A DNA stretch of 55,191 bases, counting the filler, from Sphacelaria rigidula (taxonomy: Eukaryota): NCBI GenBank assembly GCA_964200075.2. It is 6 parts of 6 records of this genome, joined end to end, with 100 filler letters (N's around TTAATTAATTAA, not from the genome) between each part and the next. Parts side by side here need not be neighbours in the genome. Positions count along the whole stretch, not along the records: positions 46,077 to 55,191 come from CAXNAA020009268.1; 5 more parts are not named here. One strand, written 5' to 3'. Shown piece by piece: positions 49,236 through 55,191 of the stretch (position 1 is its first letter; each line of letters opens with the position of its first letter). Both the position numbers and the translations under genes were made by a program. The notes below the pieces were generated by a model, which worked only from the letters and a program-made list of their open reading frames with translations, searched no databases and was not told the DNA's origin.

Positions 49236-52200
49236 TCCTGGTGTGCCTCGAGATTGAACGGAGAGTCGTTCCGCACAGCCCATCCAACTGAGCATGATGC
49301 CGATTCAATTTTCAAGTGAAAACGATACCAGTTCCACGAATGAATGCGGGGCCGATGTACGGTGAGAAGTGGCATCTCCGACGGTCAAAGGGTCCACCGT
49401 CCTACAACGAAATGCATCGAACGTCAAAATGCGATGGAGAACACAGCGCGGGAAGCGTATGCACCCCAAACCTAAGCAGAACGGGAGCGCATCCCAATGC
49501 CCAGAGAAATGCAACCGAAGAGGCTGATATGTATAATCAGCGAAAAATGGTACTCTAAAATCAAGAACAAAAAAATGCTGGCTTCTCAGAGCTTCATCAC
49601 GGGTGGCCACGGGGGTTCCTGCAACCCTTAATTTGGACGTTACAGACGTTGCACAAGGTCTGTAACGTTCAAATTTGAGGTTACAGGCACCCCAGTGGCC
49701 ACCCGTGATAGAACGAACTGGCTCCGAAATACATGTCCTCTATAATCAAGTGAAAAATACACCAAAAGTGCACCTGTCTGTAGCGCTTGAAAACGAGACG
49801 AAATGTCACCTGTATGTATGACACAAGGTTTTTGACGCTTCGCGCCACCGCTCAATGGAGCGTTACCCAAGGCAAAGGATAATGTGGAGTGTTCGGCGCT
49901 GCGCCTATGATTTGTAGATAATTTGATATTCCAGAGAAAAAAAATGAGATCCTAGAAAGAGAATGTGTGTAGGTTGGCGATCACACAGCGGGCGTAGAAA
50001 TGCCCGTGCAAGCGGAATACGACAACCTGCCCGCGAAAAAAACCCCCACATCCAATCACAAAAGTTTCCTGCCAGCAGGGCTTGGCGCCCGCGGGGTAAC
50101 ACGTACATTCAAGCGCGCGACTTGATTCAAGTAGAGAGCCTTTATCCGTTTTAAAGTCATGGTCTGCATAGCGCCTCAGAATTAAAACGAAAAACTTTGA
50201 AGAATTACATCGAGGCAGCCGTACTGCAGATGAATGTAGCCAAGCCTGCCGTGGTTTAGGGTGACACCATGATGCGACTTAGGGTACTTGCGGCTTGCCC
50301 CGTTTTTCAGTCGGACGTACTGTAGGTACCACTGCAATGCACTTGCGCATTGTAGTGTTTGAACAGTCATATGCTCCTCTATAGCTACTGTATGTTACAG
50401 TACATACCCCACTTTGATCCATCTGTACTGCGGCACTCTACTATTAAGCTTGTATTGCAATGTACTCTAGTGCATCGCACTGGGATGTACTTTTAACCAC
50501 TCTCAGTAGCAGCAGTGCTGTGTTGCGGTGACCGTAGCAATTTCAACAATACAGTGCAGTAGGTGCGCTATCGTAACTCCCCTGTCTCAATGCGCGTTGG
50601 TCCCTCCGTCTGTTTTCGAAGCATTCATGAGTCGGCAGAACCAGCGGCTGATCACTGCGACAACAAAACCCACGTCAACCCACGTCATATCAGCTTCCAC
50701 TATGAACTTTTTAGCTTACACTGAAGTTTCAACGCTTACACTGTGCACTATCACACGCGGCCATTCGGCTACCCTGTAGAGGATTTTCCAAACGTCACCC
50801 TCAGTTCTGTCCGTTTTGAAATTCCCACTAGAGGATCTTGGGTATTCGCAATCCTCGAGAGGGTTTTTAATGTTGGGGCCCTTGAAGGTCTGTGTCAATA
50901 TTCAAATCCTCTGGAATGTTTTTGAAGGTACAATTAACAGGGGATTCTATAAAATGAGGGTGATCAATGAAATGAGGCTTGAAGACCCTAGCCGTTGAAT
51001 GACAAAAAGTCCTCAGGAGTACCGCACGACAGCCTGATGTGCAATTTTGGGGAGGAGTAGGAAGTGCGTCCGTAGTTGCAGGTGCCGCCCATCCCTGGTT
51101 AGCTGCGGGCGACGGACCATAACAACGTTTGTTTGATTGTCGACGATGTTCTCGCTTTTGTTTGTCTCGAGGTCCATGTCCAGAAGAAAATCTCAGGCGT
51201 CAAGTTGCTCGTCAGTGACGTGCTGGGGGGGTATCACTGCCAACGCAGTGATGTGCCGAGCGGATGATTGGGCGTCCACTGCCCTGAAGAAGGGCACATG
51301 AAAAAGCATCACTGATCTCCTTCTTCGACGGTCGATGCACAACTTGAATAATAGATTGCACGAATGCACCGTACTGCAAATACCGGTCGAGCTTTCCAAT
51401 CCGGTTTGAGCATATATGATGCAGCAATGTCTCAGTGGGAAGCAAAATCGTTTGCATCCACCCCAAAATCGCTTGGTATGGCCCCGTCATACACTCCATC
51501 GCAACACCCCGTCCATGCTACATGACAGCATCTCGACCCCGCCCTGAACTGTACGTTCGCGTCCACATCCCGACCTGTATGTTTTCACTCTCCAACTGCG
51601 CCACTGCAACTCGAGACTCCAGCGTCATCACTATTGCTCTTGCAATCACTACCATCATCACCATCGCCATCATTTCCAGCATCACAGCCGTCATGGTCAT
51701 CATCGGGGGCTATCTCGTCCTCCAATCCTTCTCGACCCGTGTCGCGCCTGACCCTCAGCCACCGTTGCTCAAATCCCAGCCCACCTACGACCAAATCCCC
51801 GGGAGTGACCGCGATAGGCTGCATCGCGCTGAGCCTCCCGTTCCTCTCTCCACTCTCTTGCACACTAGCTACCACAGCGTGCTGCGTACCATCTGTGCTG
51901 CCTATCGCAGCGGTAATGTACGAGTCTCTGGGGCCGTTGTGTGGTATTTTCGACCTTATCCCCATCACAACCCCCTTCCCGCCCGTATCCCATTCCAAAT
52001 GGTAGAATGGGCAGGTGTCTGACATCTCCAAATACAGGGCTGCTTCCGGCTGGCAGGCTTCCCTGCCGGGTTCCACGAGGCACCTGAGTTGTCTGTTGGA
52101 TGCGACCAATACAAGGCGAAAACATTACTGATCCAGGATTTCTTGAGGTATCGAATCTATAGCCTCTCTAGGCGTGTTGTATACCCTGTACTTTCCCCAC

Positions 52201-53029
52201 AAGGGGATTTCTGGATATACGATCTTCTGCTGGCCGGCCTTCGTGATGAGGAACAGCTCGTTTATCTGATTGAACATCGAACGCTGCGACGGAAATCGAC
52301 AGTGGACACGGCAGAGACCGCCGGCGGCAACGAACATGAGAAAGTCAGTTCGAGATACGGAGGAGGGGCGGTGGTTGGAATCAGCGCTCAGACAGGGGTC
52401 TCAAAACCACGATGTATAATAGTTGTTCGCGAAACCACATGTCCCCCGGGCATCGCGATGTGGACGCGCCCATAAATGGCCCCGAAATAAATTGTTTTTT
52501 TCATAAAGTGCGGTAAAGCAGGAGGGAAAAAACTCGGTACCACGCAGCAAAGAAGGAAACGACATCTCCAAGGGTGCACGAAAAAAATTCCGCACACGCA
52601 TGTCCCTTTTTTTTCAACTTGGATCTCTCAGGGGGGGGTGTAGGGTACTAGATCCCCCCCCCCTCCCCCCCCTCAAAAGGCTATACGAACTCCCGTATAA
52701 ACCAATGCTATACTAAGTTCCATACAAAATGACGCAGCGTTGGGAGGGGGGGGGGGGGGACCCCCCTTGATAAGAGGGGGATTCGCATTACTTTTGTCCA
52801 AGATTCCCGCCGGGGGTGGTCATGTTCGAGGATTGTCTCCGACTACAACCACCGTCATGGGAAGCCAAACCAATCACCCCTCAACAGCATGCTGGTGTTC
52901 CCGACGAGAACGAGTCGTATTTGGCACGTGTTTGACATGTGATAGGCACTACATACAGGCGAAAAAAAACGTGAACTTGGGGGGAAAAAATGAGGGGGCA
53001 AACATTTTTTTCACCAAAACGGGGGGGTA

Positions 53030-53110
53030 GGGGGAGGGGGGCGTACTCATTTGTTGCTTGCCTTAGTCGTTTGACCATTGACCACGCATCTTTTCCGAAA
53101 GGGGCACCGT
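53030..53110 (+). repeat. Dispersed repeat family F
   Basis: GGGGCGTACTCATTTGTTGCTTGCCTTAGTCGTTTGACCATTGACCACGCA also at 39535-39610 (+) and 37700-37775 (-). Confidence 0.75.
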
Positions 53111-55191
53111 TGATATCTCACTGCCGGCAAAGCGGTGGGGAGGGGAGTAGTATCGGTCTAGGATTTGTTTTTCTCGACGCCCCTGGTTCACAGGATAATG
53201 CAAAATCCATCCAATTCGTTCTCAGCTACCACCGCAACCCTGCAGCATGGAGCACGAATTGAGCACAGGGATACATACAGTACAGTAGTTGAGTGTGCCT
53301 TGTTTATTTTTTGTTGGCAAATACTTGCTCATGTTCTCTCATGGTGGGCATCAGGAACAGAACTGCGTGGTACGGCGGGCAACCGAGTTGCGTGAAAAAG
53401 AATAACACTGCAACTCGACGATGATGAAAATGACACATGAAAATAGGCACTGAGCCCACAGGTGGGGGCAAGATTCATGAGTTGCAAAGTTTCTCGACCA
53501 ATCAGAGTCTTCAAATACACCAAAATGCGGCGGCCTTTCTTCAACCAGATGAGAGATACAGGTAAAAGCTGGGCCAGCCTAGACACGGATTTAAGCTCTC
53601 AAAGCAACATTTCGTCAACACGGACGAGTTGGGCCATGATCCGCATATTGTATTAATCGTCTAACCAAGGGGAAGGGGTCCGTCTGCTCAAAATTTTAGG
53701 CCCATATTTTCTCGTTGATTAATTCCCATGCCTAGTAATAATACCTGAGGGAGATAACCCCGATCGATGCATTCAGCGGATGAGGACGAATTTTGGTGTG
53801 GACATTCCCTGGAGCACGGGGAGACGACAGATACCCTCACCTTCACCTAATTTATAATCTATCTCGAGATGTGGCGCACATGAAGTTCAACACTAAAATC
53901 AGTATTTTTTGAGCAGATGCGCTAGATTAGCTAAACCTGGATATCGCGTCTCAGTTTTTGAGAGTTATGCTATAAAATTTCGTATGGACAACCGCTAGTG
54001 CATAATAAAGCTTATAAACACAGCTTTGAAAAACAAAATCGGTTTTTTGGGGGCAGGTTTGAGGAGAAATGAACACTTTTGGGCCTCATCTCAATTATTT
54101 AGCTCAATTTTGAGAATTGTAATTTGAAACTCGGGAGAAAGAACCACAGAGGTATGCTGAAAGAAAAAAAAATGGACCCTCAGTTTTGTTTTGTTTTGGG
54201 AGAGGTTTGGGCGTTCTCGTCAAACAATGGCGGTTTCCATACTAAAACGCCCCGAACCAGTGAAAAATAAGAAAAAATCAACCTGACCCACTTTGTTTCG
54301 TCAATTATGCTCTAGCCACGGCCCACACAAAGGTTCGATACGCAAACACCAAACATGGGCCGGTAAGTGGCCTGCAAAATACTGTACCCGAATTTATTCT
54401 GACCCCCTCACTAAACGGCCCATTATACGGCCAATACTTAGAGTTGGACCCTGAAATATGGTGTGGACAATGAATAGCATGATGGAAAAAATTACCAGTG
54501 AACACAGTTTTTTTCATGAGTTAAGGGCAATAATCCGTTTTCAGATATCGGTAAAATGCCCCCGACTCATGGGAAAAAGAAACCCTTTATGCGTCGGTGA
54601 TTTTTTTTATTATGCCCAATCCATTGTCCATACCAAATTTCAGAGTGCAACTCTAAATATTGGCCGTATAATGGGCCTGCAAACTACAGAATCGCTGCTC
54701 AGCTGTCCCAGCTCGTAGATATTCTTGGAATATCAAACCACAACTGGCGATACCGATATTTTTGCCGATATTCCGAAAATGAAACGATACATATCCGGTA
54801 TCGATATGCGATACGATACGGCTGTTTTGGTATAGTCGCAGTGTACAAGACGGAGCGGTACACTGGCGCACTGGCACCGTCACTCACTATCGTAGGTCGC
54901 TCAAGATACCACATCCTCTAGACAGGTTTTCAAAGCTCACATTGCGAGGATACAGCTTTGATTGGTCCACACATTGCGCCGCTGCGACACAGACAGCTGC
55001 TACCGACAATAAACGAGGATACAGCAGCTCCGTGCTGGCTCAGTTTGTTTATCCCAACCTGCACGCACCCGCCTGGCGTGTCTTCCCCGATCACCGCACC
55101 CGACTATAATTGAAGTACGAGAGAAGGCTGTGACGCTAGCAGGTCTGCTAGTACTGCAGCGTCTAAATGCTGTTGAGGGACTCCCCAGCTC

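Noticed and set aside
52300-52400. GGAVVGISAQTG as a further GTPase G5 exon
   Set aside because: It lies in a different block from obg, whose G5 is already at 44161, and has no good donor. CAGGGGTCTCAAAAC at 52393 looks more like a hAT-type terminus (partner end not found).

Overview
Eukaryotic, transposon-rich, intron-rich DNA. Long GT-AG introns, short exons, TTAGGG-type repeats and the repeat families suggest a stramenopile, probably a brown alga (inference). The window is not contiguous: six equal blocks (9116 + 5 x 9115 bp) are joined by identical 100-bp N44-TTAATTAATTAA-N44 spacers, so adjacency across spacers means nothing. Supported genes: (i) five phase-compatible exons of an unknown membrane protein with an internally duplicated hydrophobic-hairpin + GDLxRxxG module (20863-27135); (ii) the last three visible exons of an Obg-family GTPase (37242 to about 44386); (iii) a multi-exon, acidic protein built of at least eight tandem inhibitor-cystine-knot-like units (C-x6-C-x5-CC-x4-C-xn-C), possibly secreted and apparently decaying (about 32116-36761), which is the most unusual item. 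The rest is mostly mobile-element debris: a degenerate Copia pol with intact 3' LTR, an internally deleted Gypsy, a DIRS/Ngaro RNase H fragment, LINE 3' ends, two tRNA-derived SINE families (one sharing its tail with a LINE), Tc1/mariner-type and hAT-type MITEs with TSDs, a 430-bp fold-back element and microsatellites. No CRISPR array, rRNA or intact tRNA was found. Most ORFs in the supplied track are spurious.
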